A stretch of DNA of 63,915 bases, counting the filler, from Octopus bimaculoides (taxonomy: Eukaryota): NCBI RefSeq assembly GCF_001194135.2. It is 4 parts of 4 records of this genome, joined end to end, with 100 filler letters (N's around TTAATTAATTAA, not from the genome) between each part and the next. Parts side by side here need not be neighbours in the genome. Positions count along the whole stretch, not along the records: positions 1 to 26,736 come from NC_069000.1; 3 more parts are not named here. One strand, written 5' to 3'. Both the position numbers and the translations under genes were made by a program. The notes under the pieces were generated by a model that was not told the origin of the DNA, did no database searches, and was given only the letters and a program-made list of their open reading frames with translations. Of the stretch, positions 1 through 12,565 are shown piece after piece (the first letter of the stretch is position 1; every line of letters starts with the position of its first letter).

Positions 1-29
1 GTTATGTATGTGTTTTTTCGTGTTTTGTT

Positions 30-304
30 CGAAAGGTAACCACTCCTGAAGAAGTGCCAAACGTCTAAATCCAATGGACCAGTCACTGGATAAGTTTGGC
101 ATAGAAATGTTAACATAAAGTGGTGAATAAATCGATATATCGAATTTGAAGTCTCTGTCTCTTTTGAATATGAAAATTTAAGAGTTTAAAAATCTTATGA
201 TATAAATATAAACTGTGAGAACGACCCTTAAGGAATCTAATTAATGATCTCCTAAGGTAAGTTCTTATGCTATATTGGTAACGGTTGCCACATCCTCTGG
301 AAAA
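30..304 (+). mobile_element. Penelope-like element (PLE) pLTR/3' tail remnant ending at an (AT)n tract
   Basis: Contains a hammerhead motif (39-124), then AATAAA (126-131) and a pyrimidine-rich stretch, and runs into (AT)n at about 305-330. Same layout as the tail attached to the PLE ORF at 57230-57530. Confidence 0.55.
39..124 (+). ncRNA. Type I hammerhead ribozyme-like motif (slightly decayed)
   Basis: Stem I ACCACT(39-44)/AGTGGT(119-124); core CTGAAGA(46-52); 9-bp stem II GTGCCAAAC(54-62)/GTTTGGCAT(94-102); GAAA(104-107); palindromic stem III ATGTTAACAT(107-116); AUA cleavage triplet ending at 117. Mismatches at the stem I and stem II junction pairs. Confidence 0.62.
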
Positions 305-424
305 ATATATATATATATATATATATATATTGCGCGCTATAATTTTCCCGTTGTTTTTATGGTTGTATCAATCTTAATATCTTAACTTTGCTAATAAGAA
401 GATGCTCTCCCACTACTTCTGCTC

Positions 425-730
425 GTAATCAGATGTAGTACGGGAGCATAATAGTCATGTGTTGAGAGGAATCCTTTGGGGTTTGGATAATTCATGTTTG
501 GAAACATGTGTGTTTCGTTCAATACCCTTAAACGTCCCTTATTCAGAAACCTTTTGATCGGGATAGGATACTTGACCTTAAGGAAATTCTATCTGCAAGA
601 GTATACGCGGTTTATCTTGATATTAGATCACCATGCCGCGTACATATGGTTGTCATGCATGTGCCTCGTGTACCCTTATCAGCAGGTAGTCATGATGGGT
701 ATACTGGGTTTCGTATATTTTACCCCAGTG
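425..730. repeat. Probable interspersed repeat fragment (unclassified)
   Basis: GC-elevated, non-microsatellite block abutting a SINE. It resembles an octopus high-copy repeat as I recall it, but only one copy is present here, so this is unverified. Confidence 0.3.
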
Positions 731-744
731 TTTCCTCGTCATCA

Positions 745-847
745 AAACGATGAAAGGCAAACTCGAAATCGGCGGTATTTGAAATCAGAATATAGCGACA
801 GACGAAATACCACTAACCACTTCGCCCGGCGTGCTAACGATTCGGCC
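745..847 (-). mobile_element. SINE family A, head fragment
   Basis: Reverse-complement match to the head of the family A copies at 8921 and 43740 (GAATCGTTAGCACGCCGGGCGAA...TTTGCCTTTCATC). Confidence 0.7.
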
Positions 848-2789
848 ATAACACAACAGAAATAATAAAATGCAAACATGCATACGACCCCCTCCAATAA
901 ACACCTACACACACATATACTTTGGTATAGTTTGTGTGTGTGTGTAAGCATGTATAATATACACATACGCACGCACATTTCTTTATTTTGGTATGTGACA
1001 AGAAGTTATTATTCTACAAGGACCTACAACTTTTCTTTGGCATACATCACGTTTCATTGTTAATATTAACATGCAGGATATCAGCTTAATTTCAATCCCC
1101 ACAAGGCATGTATTCTTACATAATTAAAAGCAAATATTCTCATTATGCTAGTATTATTTTCTCCGTTCATTATTCTCTATGTTCTCCTAATTTCCGAAAC
1201 AATCAATGTCTAATTTCCGTAGCAGTCACTGTTTTCCTAACAAATCTTAGAAATTTCCATAATTTCTTTCACAGATATCCGCACTGTGTGTATTAGATGT
1301 GTTTTAAATCAAAAAAAATTCTTAGGATTTCTGTTTATTCATTCATTCTTTGTAAATTTATTTTAATGTGTCTTCCGAAGAATCAAGAACAGTCATTCCC
1401 CACCACCAAGAGGTGTATAAAAAAAGATACTCAAACAGACACACACACACACCTAAGATAGGTTTTTTTCCTTGTAATTTCGGTAATTCTTAGTTTATTT
1501 TTGTTTTATTTGTTCATATATTTTGTTATATATTCTAAATGTTAAAGCGGTTGTTCTGTGCTTCCGGAAAACCTGCATGTTTAGTAAATCAACTTCATGG
1601 TTTTACGTATATTAATCCATCATACAACTACGTATTCGAAGATAGACACATACACACACACATACACACACACACATACATACATACACACACATATGTA
1701 TATGTATATATACAAAGTGCTATTAACATATTAGAAATAATACTTGCCTTGTACTTCAAGCTTGTAAGATTACCTAGCGGGTTTTACTTCACTACCTTGT
1801 ACATGTAATATCGAAGATACCAACGTTCTGTGAAATAACGTCGGAGTAAGCTTATAAAACATGGAGACGATGCTTCTCATACGATTAGTGAAGTTGTTCC
1901 TGGTTACATAATGCTTCGGCCTTAGACCCCAATTAACACCAATATTATAGATGCAGGATACTCAGCGGTACTTTCTATTTCATAAAACATTTTTGAAACT
2001 ATGGAAGTCAGCTGATTAAAAAATGTCGATAAACGGACCTATCTTTTGCGTTTCTTCCATTGGTCACAATTAACGCAGGTAACATTTGAACTCAGAATGC
2101 AAAAGGACAAATGAACGAATCCAAACACAAATGTCTAACTTAGTAACTGATCTGCCAATACTTGCAATATTTTGAAGTATTCAGTTATTAAATCCATCTT
2201 TTCACCATTAATTATTAAACATTCGCTGACGCATTCAACCACGCCTTACTGTCATTTAAAATTCCGTTCAAACTTTTGTTTTCGTGTCTTTTTTCTCGTT
2301 TCGCTTCTTTCTCATGAAATGGAATTATAATCTTCTGCTGACAAAGCTTGTTATTTTTTTCATGATGGCTGCAGTAATCTGATTACAACAATAACAGCAA
2401 AAATATCTTTAAAAATTCAGATGTTTAAATGTTATTCTTTTAATTATAATATCATAATCTGATATTTTTTTTTATATTCTCGAACCCATCTCTACTTCGT
2501 TCTTCTTGACCATCTTTTTCTATCTATAGTTTTTTTAAAATTTTCTTAAACTTGCTTTTCAATGCAAACTCTTCAGTGTCTTTCTGTCTAATAATGCTGA
2601 CGTCCTTATAATCATAATGCTATGACAATAATTATTATTAGTTCTATGGTTGTTATTGTTGATACCGCTGTGGTTGTTGACGTTGTTCGGAAATTACCAA
2701 AGACAATATATGCTTCAATAGCATAATATCAGAGTCATTACACCTGTGACAATCCAATATTGGTTTTTATGTGGAAGAGTAGACCTTAA

Positions 2790-2880
2790 TGGAACGGGTG
2801 TTGCATTTAAGATAGTAAGATGGTGGTTTCGATTCCTGGAGTGGCCGATCCGTTGTGTTCTTAAACAAAACGTTCACCAA
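2790..2880 (+). mobile_element. Degenerate tRNA-like SINE head
   Basis: B-box-like GGTTTCGATTCC followed by GTGTTCTTAAACAAAAC, which resembles the post-head core of families C/D. Confidence 0.35.
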
Positions 2881-3211
2881 CCCACGCAGTTGGGAAGAAA
2901 TACTAGCAGAATCCACGATATCGGCCGTAAAAGACTGTCTCGTGGGAGAACTTTCATCCTGTGACATCTTAATCAATCAATATATCTTGTATAGAATTGA
3001 GGAAGATTTCAACTGGTATATTCAGCAGATCGTGAGATCACACAGGGACAGATTCATTGAATCGTTGTTATCAATTTAACAAAGGACACACCTTCACCAT
3101 TGCTGTCCATTCCATCTAAGTTTCTACTGGTGTATGTAAGGCTAAATGTAAATAGTAGCAGTTGGAAACACATGCACAAATATTGAGTGTAGTAAATAGA
3201 TATAAATACAT

Positions 3212-3560
3212 GTGAAGCGCATGGACTAGTGGGTAGAGTGTTGCAATCTCAGTCGCTAGGTCGTAGATTCGATTCAGGGACCAGGGGGTGGTAACGCATT
3301 CTTCAGCAAGATATTTTATTTCACATTGTTTTAGTGGGAGTCAAAATAATGGTGAGTCGATGGAAATGCTTTACGGTATATATTTTGAATTCAGATGCCA
3401 TCACCCTGGAGAATGCAAGAGGAAAACCTGCAATATTCATCCAAAGGTTAGTCATGTGTAGAGGTAGTTCCAGCTGAAGGGAGGGTACGGGTCAACATCC
3501 TGTTGTATTATAGAATGTGCTGGGAAAGGCTCACATGTTCAAGTGAAATCCAGCGATAAA
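3212..3560 (+). mobile_element. tRNA-derived SINE (variant E, distinct tail)
   Basis: Head GAAGCGCATGGACTAGTGGGTAGAG...GATTCGATTC resembles the head at 17724; core CAGCAAGATATTTTATTTCACATTG; the 3' part is not shared with other copies. Confidence 0.5.
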
Positions 3561-4033
3561 ATCTCTCTCTCGATGTATATATATAGCATATAGTATATTA
3601 TATAGCTTGATAATAACCTTGGCATGAAACCCCGGGCACGTGGCTAACTCTTGTAACGTTGACTGTGCAAAAATAATCACACACATGCTCACACACACGT
3701 ATGTATATACATACACACATAATTGCTTGCGTGGCTGTATATATTTCATATATTAATGGCGTACACACAAATTGGTATCGAAACATAATGGAAATTTGTT
3801 AAATATTTACGTCTGTCCTTTTTCATTTGTATACGCTTGAGGGGTTGGTCACTATCTGCGTTCGTGTTAGTCTCATATTTATTTATTTAATGGCGTTTGT
3901 GCAAGCCAGTATAACTGCTTTAAAGTTCGAGTTATTACTAAATGGTATTCAACACACCAAAAAGGAATCTTCTTATCGATAACTATTTTAATGCCAACAG
4001 GTCAAGCCCCTCTTGGAATACAGAACAGAGTAA

Positions 4034-4036
<3 letters not shown>

Positions 4037-4116
<80 letters not shown>

Positions 4117-4327
4117 CAGAGATGTGTGTGTGTATACATGTGCGTGTATGTAAGGGTGTATGTATGCATTTATAATCATATGTGTTGCATCTGATAATGA
4201 GGAAATTATTTGATTATTGGTGAGCATAGTTCAAACAAAGTATGCATAGATACACACCCAAACATACATACATAGATGAATGGCTATACAGGTGTATGCA
4301 TGTATATATATATATATATATATATAT
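4037..4327. repeat. Compound (AT)n/(GT)n microsatellites flanking an assembly gap
   Basis: Directly visible; gap at 4328-4551. Confidence 0.95.
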
Positions 4328-4835
4328 NNNNNNNNNNNNNNNNNNNNNNNNNNNNNNNNNNNNNNNNNNNNNNNNNNNNNNNNNNNNNNNNNNNNNNNNN
4401 NNNNNNNNNNNNNNNNNNNNNNNNNNNNNNNNNNNNNNNNNNNNNNNNNNNNNNNNNNNNNNNNNNNNNNNNNNNNNNNNNNNNNNNNNNNNNNNNNNNN
4501 NNNNNNNNNNNNNNNNNNNNNNNNNNNNNNNNNNNNNNNNNNNNNNNNNNNATATATATATATATAATGTGTGTCTGTGCGTGTGAGTGTGTGTGAGAGA
4601 GAGTATCTGAGACGACGAAGGGGATGATTATGAACTTCATTAGCTTACGCCCGTCTCTGCTATGAGATACAATGTACACATAATTGAGTGTTTAAAGAAT
4701 ACCTTATAGTTTCATCAGAGTACCGAATATGATGTGCAGTTTATTTGGAAAAGAATTATATTTAAATTCTATGTGAATTACATTTAGATAAGAAAGAAAT
4801 ATAATTTTTTCCCAAATAAATTGCATTTCATATTC

Positions 4836-4908
4836 GCTACTCTGATGAAGCTATATGGTGTTATTCAGGTACTCCAATGCAGCATAAAACAGAAACAGCC
4901 TTAAGTTA
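4836..4908 (+). ncRNA. Decayed hammerhead-like motif
   Basis: CTGATGAAGC (4842-4851), imperfect stem II hairpin, GAAA (4892-4895), ACAGCCTT as a decayed ACAGCTGT palindrome, partial stem I. Downstream GAAACAG..TAAG.TA.TGAA is shared with 62540-62623. Confidence 0.4.
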
Positions 4909-5365
4909 ATGAAGTCCATAAAATAATAATTTATTCGTTTGTCATCTCATTTTCTCTAGTAGCGTTCTATACTGGCCGAATACAACGTTCTGAACGAAGT
5001 TTATATTGAGTTCTACACTAGGTCATTAGTGTGGTAATGCTTGAGCGAAATAGACAGAGAGATAGATAAATAGATGGATAAATAGATATTATTAAGTGAA
5101 CCGGATTCCATCAAATCACGCATTCACAGAAAAAGTGGAGCGTTCGTTTGAATGGAAAGGAAATAATACCAATCTGAAAAATAGTTAATTTTTCCCGTCC
5201 CTTTTGTGGTCTCCTAATTACTCGTAGAAGTTTCCTTTTAAATTATTTCACATTTATCGTCATGGCTCTTAGATTAATTATTTTGTCTCTCATCATGCGA
5301 ACGTTCACCTACACATACATAATAACATGATTTGTGGGTGCTTGACATTTCCGTTTATATATATA

Positions 5366-5412
<47 letters not shown>

Positions 5413-6368
5413 NNNNNNNNNNNNNNNNNNNNNNNNNNNNNNNNNNNNNNNNNNNNNNNNNNNNNNNNNNNNNNNNNNNNNNNNNNNNNNNNNNNNNNNN
5501 NNNNNNNNNNNNNNNNNNNNNNNNNNNNNNNNNNNNNNNNNNNNNNNNNNNNNNNNNNNNNNNNNNNNNNNNNNNNNNNNNNNNNNNNNNNNNNNNNNNN
5601 NNNNNNNNNNNNNNNNNNNNNNNNNNNNNNNNNNNNNNNNNNNNNNNNNNNNNNNNNNNNNNNNNNNNNNNNNNNNNNNNNNNNNNNNNNNNNNNNNNNN
5701 NNNNNNNNNNNNNNNNNNNNNNNNNNNNNNNNNNNNNNNNNNNNNNNNNNNNNNNNNNNNNNNNNNNNNNNNNNNNNNNNNNNNNNNNNNNNNNNNNNNN
5801 NNNNNNNNNNNNNNNNNNNNNNNNNNNNNNNNNNNNNNNNNNNNNNNNNNNNNNNNNNNNNNNNNNNNNNNNNNNNNNNNNNNNNNNNNNNNNNNNNNNN
5901 NNNNNNNNNNNNNNNNNNNNNNNNNNNNNNNNNNNNNNNNNNNNNNNNNNNNNNNNNNNNNNNNNNNNNNNNNNNNNNNNNNNNNNNNATAACTCATTTA
6001 TATAGATTTTACAGTGATAAGTCATTTTCTTGTAACGGTGTTCTTTTATCATAAATATATTTGTAATGTTTCTTCATTTGTGAATGCAAACTCATTATTG
6101 ATACCGTGCTGTAGAAATGTATATGTGATAGATAGATAAATAGATAGATACGTACATAGATATATAGGTAGGTAGGTAGGTAGGTAGGTAGATAGATAAG
6201 TAGGTAGGTAGGTAGATAAGTAGATAGATAGATAGATAGACTCATTGCGAAAATGTCCGCACATCAACGAATTAAAGCGATGCATATGTGCCGACACACG
6301 CACACATATATACATATATCGCTTACGCATGTATTCATGTACATGTATATAAATGCCATACACAACGT

Positions 6369-6421
<53 letters not shown>

Positions 6422-6889
6422 TTCAGGGTAGGGAGAGAGAATCTAGTTCTTTGAACGCACATTTAGGTGATTGGCTCGTTAGCTGCTATTCACAGTCTTA
6501 TTAGAATGACAACTTTGTATGCATTCACTCAAAGACTGTACTTTAGTATTAATTGCATTGTAGTATCTTATCTGTTGGGTTACAATTTGCCTGTTAATAT
6601 CTTCAGTAGATTTGTCAGTGTTATCTCACCTCATGAAATACGCTGACATTTTTGTTGTCATCGTCTAACTCAGTGTTTTCTTTGCTTTTTCGTAGTCCAC
6701 TTACCCGTTTCTAAAATCTAGTGAATAAAGCAAGTTGATGTTTTTGAAACTCTTCTCGATATAGCTGAGTAGTTTTTGAATCTAGAGTGGATTAAGAGGC
6801 TTGTAAATGAAACTTCATACGTGAGCCTATCTTGTAATTATTTTAACCAACGATATTCCTTCTATTTATAGAGACAATAAAACGTGCAG

Positions 6890-7140
6890 TTTCTGTTCGG
6901 TGCCTTTGGAGTGACCAAGATGGCCGATATTTCCCGTAGATCTTTCCATTACGTAGAATCGACGCAGGCAGGATTTTACTTTAAGGCTGATTACATTACT
7001 ATATACGATATATTGGATGCTAAGTCTAAGTACAAATGTCACATTTCGCTTCTTAATACGCAAATGACGTTCTAAATTATTATCACCTTATATGACATAC
7101 TGGGCAATTTATCGAGGGCCGAGCCTCTTTCAACGTACAG
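6890..7140 (+). promoter_or_regulatory. Possible TSS / first non-coding exon
   Basis: YY1-like CAAGATGGCCG (6916-6926), locally CpG-richer sequence, donor-like CAG|GTAACT at 7140/7141. Motif-level evidence only. Confidence 0.22.
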
Positions 7141-7726
7141 GTAACTTTAATAAAAATTCAAAAGCGAAGCAAATATATTGTCGGAGAAAAAAAAATATAT
7201 ATGCATATATATAAATATATTAGTCACTAATAGATAGATAGATAGATAGATAGATAGATTGAAATATTTGCGTATGTGTGTGCATTCATATAATCTAGAG
7301 GTGTGTGTAACGCTGTTGCACACCAATCTCTTGCTTGAATCTTGTATTGCATACAGTAAAGATCAATAAGTAATACAAGTCACCAGTAATAAGTATTTAC
7401 CTAGTAGCTTTACCAATTAGATAGAAAAGTTGCACGCCATGTAAACACACACGACAATATAAAACAAAAGGAAAAACTAATTTGATTGTGAAAGTGTTAA
7501 GATTTAAAAAAATAGAAAAATTATGAAACAGAAAGGAAGGCGATCACAATAGAGTAATGGTGCCGGTTTACAATGAAATCGAAGGTTAATGGTGCTGTAA
7601 CACCAATATTTGTACGTTTTTGATATCTAGGCAATATTTCTGTTCCAGTTGGTTGCTAAACATTACAATTTGTTTAATCGTAAATGAGACATAGGAAGAA
7701 TGTAATTTTCTTTATAGATAATATCC

Positions 7727-7775
<49 letters not shown>

Positions 7776-7888
7776 TGCATTCCTTCCTGCTGGTACACAC
7801 AAGATTACGCAAAAGAAATATCTATGTTCCTAAATTGGTGTTATGAACAGTGAAACATCGGTCTCAAATCTCGGAGGAGAGCTAAGAC

Positions 7889-7977
7889 GATTACATCGAT
7901 TCAGTTGCCCAACTGCTACTCACCTTATCGGCCCTGACATGAGGATAGGCCAAGTCGACCCCGTCAGAATTTGAAAT
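7889..7977 (-). mobile_element. SINE family A, degenerate internal fragment
   Basis: GATTACATCGA...AACTG.TACT...TTATCG..CC...AAGTCGACC...GAATTTGAA matches the copy at 14757-14845. Confidence 0.45.
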
Positions 7978-8104
7978 GAACTGTGAAATATTGGCATTCG
8001 TTCAATATTCCGATATCTCTTTTGTCTTATGTTTCAGTCATTGAATCTCCGCCATATATATATATATATATATATAATGGTCTTCTACACGCATTCCTTA
8101 AGCC

Positions 8105-8225
8105 AAATTCATTCAAAAGCATTATATGTCCCAGAAGCTAGCGTAGGAAACATTTAACGATGGTGTCGTACAGTAGGACTGAGCCTGGAACTACGAGGTT
8201 GGAAGGAAAAAATCTTATCACGCAG
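8105..8225 (-). mobile_element. SINE family B, head fragment
   Basis: Reverse complement reads GCTGCGTGATAAG...TTCCAACC...GTTCCAGGCTCAGTCCTACTG, matching the heads at 22211 and 51548. Confidence 0.55.
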
Positions 8226-8920
8226 CAATAACTTCGGCTCTTCTCAATTTGAAAGAGGATTTTTCTCTTAAAACCTTTCAACTGATTTTCACTGCTCTGA
8301 GGCAGAAAGCTGTGCGAATCTTTAAAGAAATGTATTAAATGCATTCAGATATTTCAGTAAATTCCTTATTATTCTGATTTCAATATTTCCTGAGGCGGTA
8401 AAAATAATACAAAGAGAAAAATGTAATCAAATGAAAGTCACTATTTATATTTACAACTGCAGCTCATGCTTAATTGAACAACAAAATATATTTCATCGGA
8501 GTTTTGATATTTCTCTAACCTATGATTTATAAACCAGGCAACATAAACTTGTTAGAAATGTCTACCCTTACCACAACTATAAAATAATGTGTTTTATATT
8601 TAATAAACAATGATGTATCCAATTATTTTTCTATCAGCGTTCATGTGATGAAATATATACAACAAATTGAATACGTCGTTTTGAAAAGTAATTTCAGTAT
8701 TTCAAGGAAAAACAAAAACAGCCTCCAGGGTTAATGAAACACGTTTTAGAATTTATTAAGAACTGAATGATATTAGAAATTATGTATTTGCAAAATTTGA
8801 AAGAATCAATGAGAATATATTATTATACAACGGTGAAAATTATCGAAAGTTAACTGAAAATCCTGCGGCACAAAGATATTATATGATGGGCACTGTTGTT
8901 AAAAATATTATAGTATTGTA

Positions 8921-9134
8921 GGCGGCAAGCTAGAAGAATCGTTAGACGGCCGGGCGAAATGCTGGTGGGCATTTCGCCCGCTTTTATGCTCTGAGATCAA
9001 ATTCTGTCTAGGTCGACTTTGCAATTCATCATAACGTGGTCGATAAAAAAAATTACCATTTGAGCATTGGTGTCAATGTAATTGACTTACCTCCGTTCCC
9101 CAAACTTGCTGGCTTCGTGCCAACATTTGAAACC
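8921..9134 (+). mobile_element. SINE family A, full length
   Basis: tRNA-like head with A box (TAGAAGAATCG) and B-box-like GAGATCAAATTC, GGTCGATAAA body, tail GCTGGCTTCGTGCCAACATTTGAAACC, ATT-rich flanks. Confidence 0.8.
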
Positions 9135-9220
9135 AATATTATGTTATTCCTGTATAGAAATATTAAACGAAAGCATTTCTTAGCTTTTGTTCAATTTTGT
9201 GTACGTTACATATTAGAGAA

Positions 9221-9377
9221 GCGGCTTCTGTCAGAATCGTTTGAACGACGTACAAGGTGTTCAACATATTTCTTCCGGATCTTTACGTACCGAGTTCAAA
9301 TACCGTCAAGCTCAACATTGTCTATCATGCTTGTGGGCTCAAATGAATAATTTACCGCTCGAATGCTGGGGTCGAGG
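9221..9377 (+). mobile_element. SINE family A, degenerate
   Basis: TCAGAATCGTT...GAGTTCAAATACC...GGGGTCGA. Confidence 0.55.
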
Positions 9378-9432
9378 AAGGTGACTTGTCAACTCCCTTC
9401 AAAAACTGCCCGCAGCTCAAAGCGACTGCTAC

Positions 9433-9576
9433 ATTGTTATTGGGGTATATGCAATGATATCTAAAGGAGCGAACAAATAGATAGACCGAATCCCTTGCAA
9501 TCACAAAATATGTGAGGTGCAGGAGATCATACTTATGGGAACCTAACATATTTTACGTAAATTCCTCTCCATGTAA
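9433..9576 (+). pseudogene. R4/Dong-like non-LTR retrotransposon, C-terminal RLE end (decayed)
   Basis: One frame translates to IVIGVYAMISKGANK*IDRIPCNHKICEVQEIILMGT*HILRKFLSM*. This matches the recalled R4/Dong C-terminal motif IVIGALGMI.KG...IP....EIQK..L.GTAHILRK.L. Two in-frame stops. Confidence 0.68.
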
Positions 9577-10161
9577 ATTCAATTTTATTCATTCAGCTTT
9601 ATTATAAATTTCATAAAGATTATTTTACATACAAATATCGGCGTTTTCAGTTGCATCGCACTTCATGTATTAGCAATTTTAGACGCAATATTTCATTGCC
9701 TCTTGACGCTGTGGTTGAGATTTGGGTGCAGTTTATATAAATTAAAGCAATAACAGCAACAACAACAAGAATAACAATAATTTATTTTATTACCCACAGG
9801 GGTATAGATGAAATTGATATTAGTAGCTGTAGTAGTAGCAGCAGCAGTGTACATTATTGAAGAATCTGCTATATTTCTGTGAATGGCGTATGTAAACTTT
9901 AAATTTCTATTAATAATTTAGCATTTCTTAATTATTTTCGCGTTTGGGGGTGAAAATATCTTGGGGTGCATTTTCTAAATTATATTCAAAATAATACTTT
10001 AAAATAATAAATATAAATATGGCAACAATTATCTAAAAAATGTTCAAATGCAATATGTTAGTTTACAAATTGGCCATTTATTTTCATGTCGTATATGTGA
10101 AGGAGTTTGCATACGATTTAAAACTATTATGGCGTTACTTCTTAAACGGTTTTCTCTTCAG

Positions 10162-10315
10162 TTGTACGCATGTCATGCGGTATGCCTGGAAGGAATATGG
10201 CAACCGCAATTGCGATTTCAATGCCAAACACTCTTGCCAGGAAAATCTCATTCTTGCTGCTTTGCTTAACTTTCGTCCTATGTACCAAACAGAGAAAGAG
10301 ATTGATAGCGTTTAG
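10162..10315 (+). CDS. Candidate exon of an unknown gene (possible signal/anchor-like N-terminus)
   Basis: Strong acceptor GGTTTTCTCTTCAG|, donor TTAG|GTAAAT, GC above background. One frame is open: MSCGMPGRNMATAIAISMPNTLARKISFLLLCLTFVLCTKQRKRLIAF. No recognisable homology. Confidence 0.38.
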
Positions 10316-11249
10316 GTAAATATTGTTTACGCCTCATCAGTTAAATAGAGGTAATGTTGATTTTGGAAGGTGAGGTGATTGCTTATTTTGCGAAAAATCA
10401 ATTCACAAAATAAACACACTTTTATTAAACAACATCAAGGAAGGCTTTATCTGTCAGTAATTTCCACAGAAATTTACATCGGATAATTTACTGGTAGGAA
10501 AAAATAAAGAAACCACTTATCAGCTACATTAAACTGTAACAAACGCAACGATTTTATGTCGACAAAAGATTTAATTATACAAAGTTGGTCGATGTAAGTA
10601 GCAGCAGTTTAATATCCGATATAAGTAAAGAAACCCAGTTTTAAAATGTTCCTGGAAGGTACCGTTACTTAATTGCTATATGCAACAAATGTATAGATTA
10701 ATGGCTTCTATTGTGCTGTATCAATGTTTTTTATTTTAAAGTCAGATACTGGGTTGGGGTAATTACATTGGAATGCAGAAGCTTGTATCGACGTAGATAA
10801 CAAATGACGACAAAAGTCAGTAGAAAATAATGTTGTGTATCTTGGGAAAACGTTACAAGCCCTTCGAACCTTCTCCAGAAGAAAAGGGTAATACAGAGGT
10901 CTAACAGCGAGGCGCTGTCGTAACGATAAACAAAACACGCTGTGAACTGAAGGAGGTAAAATTTCGGAGCAATGCACAACACTAATCCAAAAACACTTAT
11001 ATATATATATATATATATATGTACAGAGAGAGAGAGACACAAACACAAACAAACAGTGTGTGTGTGTGTGTGAGTGTGTGTGTGTGTGTGTGTGTGAAGG
11101 AGAGAGTATATTATATACTCTTTCTCTCATAATCTCTTAGATATGAGCTAATTCAACAGCAAGAGAACATGACTTTATCCGTTTTGGAACGCTTGATTTC
11201 GTAACAAAAATAAGAGTGTAAATATTGGGTAAAACGAATGATTTTCTTA

Positions 11250-11377
11250 AGAGCTCAAATTCCGCCGAGGTCCAATTTGCCTTTCTCCCTTTCGGGGTCG
11301 ATAAATTAAGTACCAGTTGAACACCGGGGTCCGTATGATCGACAGGTCCTCTCCCGTAAAATGGCTGCTCTTGAAAC

Positions 11378-11380
<3 letters not shown>
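11250..11380 (+). mobile_element. SINE family A, 5'-truncated
   Basis: GAGCTCAAATTCCGCCGAGGTC...CCTTTCGGGGTCGATAAATTAAGTACCAGTTG. Confidence 0.75.
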
Positions 11381-11416
<36 letters not shown>

Positions 11417-11435
11417 AACGCTGTACAAATACATA

Positions 11436-11520
11436 CATAGGGGGCGATAAACGTGGTATCTCTGTATTTATCTACTAAATTTCTCTTGCAAGGCAGTGGT
11501 CAAACAGATCTGCTAGTTTA
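11436..11520 (-). mobile_element. SINE family B, degenerate middle fragment
   Basis: Similar to the middle segments at 29620-29690 and 39258-39330, and lies next to an (AT)n/(CATA)n tract. Confidence 0.4.
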
Positions 11521-12209
11521 TCAACAATTTATACTCGGAAATATAATGCAATAAGTAAACAATTTTCTAGCCTTCCGTACAAAGATGGAACGCAACCATA
11601 TTGCTTCATCGAACATATTAGCTCTACACATATGTATCGATCATTTAATTATATTGAATGTGGGTAAATAAATATTTGAGAATAGTTTTTGTGTGTTTGT
11701 TGAAACCATCTTAAGGGGAAACATAATGTTTATATTCTATTATATTCATATTAATATACAGTATCGTGTGAGATAATGAGAAACTGCGTGTTTATGAGTG
11801 AAATGGCTATAGATAGGAAGCGTGTTGTGTGGAGTTCAGGGCATTTTGTTTTTTCACTAAATCTTTTCATAGAAAAGCAATGCGTTTTTCATTGTTATTG
11901 ACAATATTGATGTTGTTGCAGTTGTGTTCTTTTTGTTGTTGCTGGTGCTGCTTTACGTTGGCATATTTCTGCCCATGCCACACACTCTGGTAGACTGATT
12001 CTGCCTCAGTTAAGTGTTCACATGCGTTGGGATACGCAAATATGGTCGGGTTAATTAGGGGGTAGGACAAAGGTTGTTTCGGAAAGGATTTTGTCAATTC
12101 GTCCAACGCCATAGGTTCACAACAAGGATAGACATACAGACAGACACATACACACGTTCCCCACACACAAACGCACGCACTCACCCATGCGCATATATAC
12201 ACACATACT

Positions 12210-12254
<45 letters not shown>

Positions 12255-12369
12255 CATTTGTTTGCATCTTCACTGCGCGCGTTGAAGAATCTTTATTCGA
12301 ACAAATCGAACCTACAAATTAGGGTTTTTTTTTTAATAATCCTGATACGGTCTTATTTCCCGATCTGCT

Positions 12370-12565
12370 AATTTGTCCCCCGCCACTGCTTGCTCACTCG
12401 TGTTAGTTTGTTTACTTCCTCGTAACTTTGCGACCGAAATAATAAGGCCCATATACATAGTTAAACAAGAAAACAAACAAAAAAACTAAGTATTCGGTTG
12501 GATTTTCTCAACTGACCCCTGCTCCATCGTGGCAGCAGTCCAAAGACTAAAAGAAGTAGAATATA
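12370..12565 (+). mobile_element. SINE family B, tail
   Basis: TGTCCCC...GTTTAC..CC.CGTAACTT...GCTCCATCGTGGCAGCAGTCCAAAGACT matches 27003-27215. Confidence 0.6.

Noticed and set aside
1785-1850. TTACTTC...GAAATAACGTC-GGAGTAA possible hammerhead
   Set aside because: No CTGANGA core at the required position.
10145-10335. Minus-strand open frame with TM-like segments (...EIFLARVFGIEIAIAVAIFLPG...)
   Set aside because: No convincing minus-strand splice sites; the strong sites are on the plus strand; no recognised family.
11867-12202. 111-aa minus-strand ORF (ALDELTKSFPKQPLSYP...)
   Set aside because: Starts in a microsatellite, ends in Q/N low complexity, and has no acceptor or homology I recognise.
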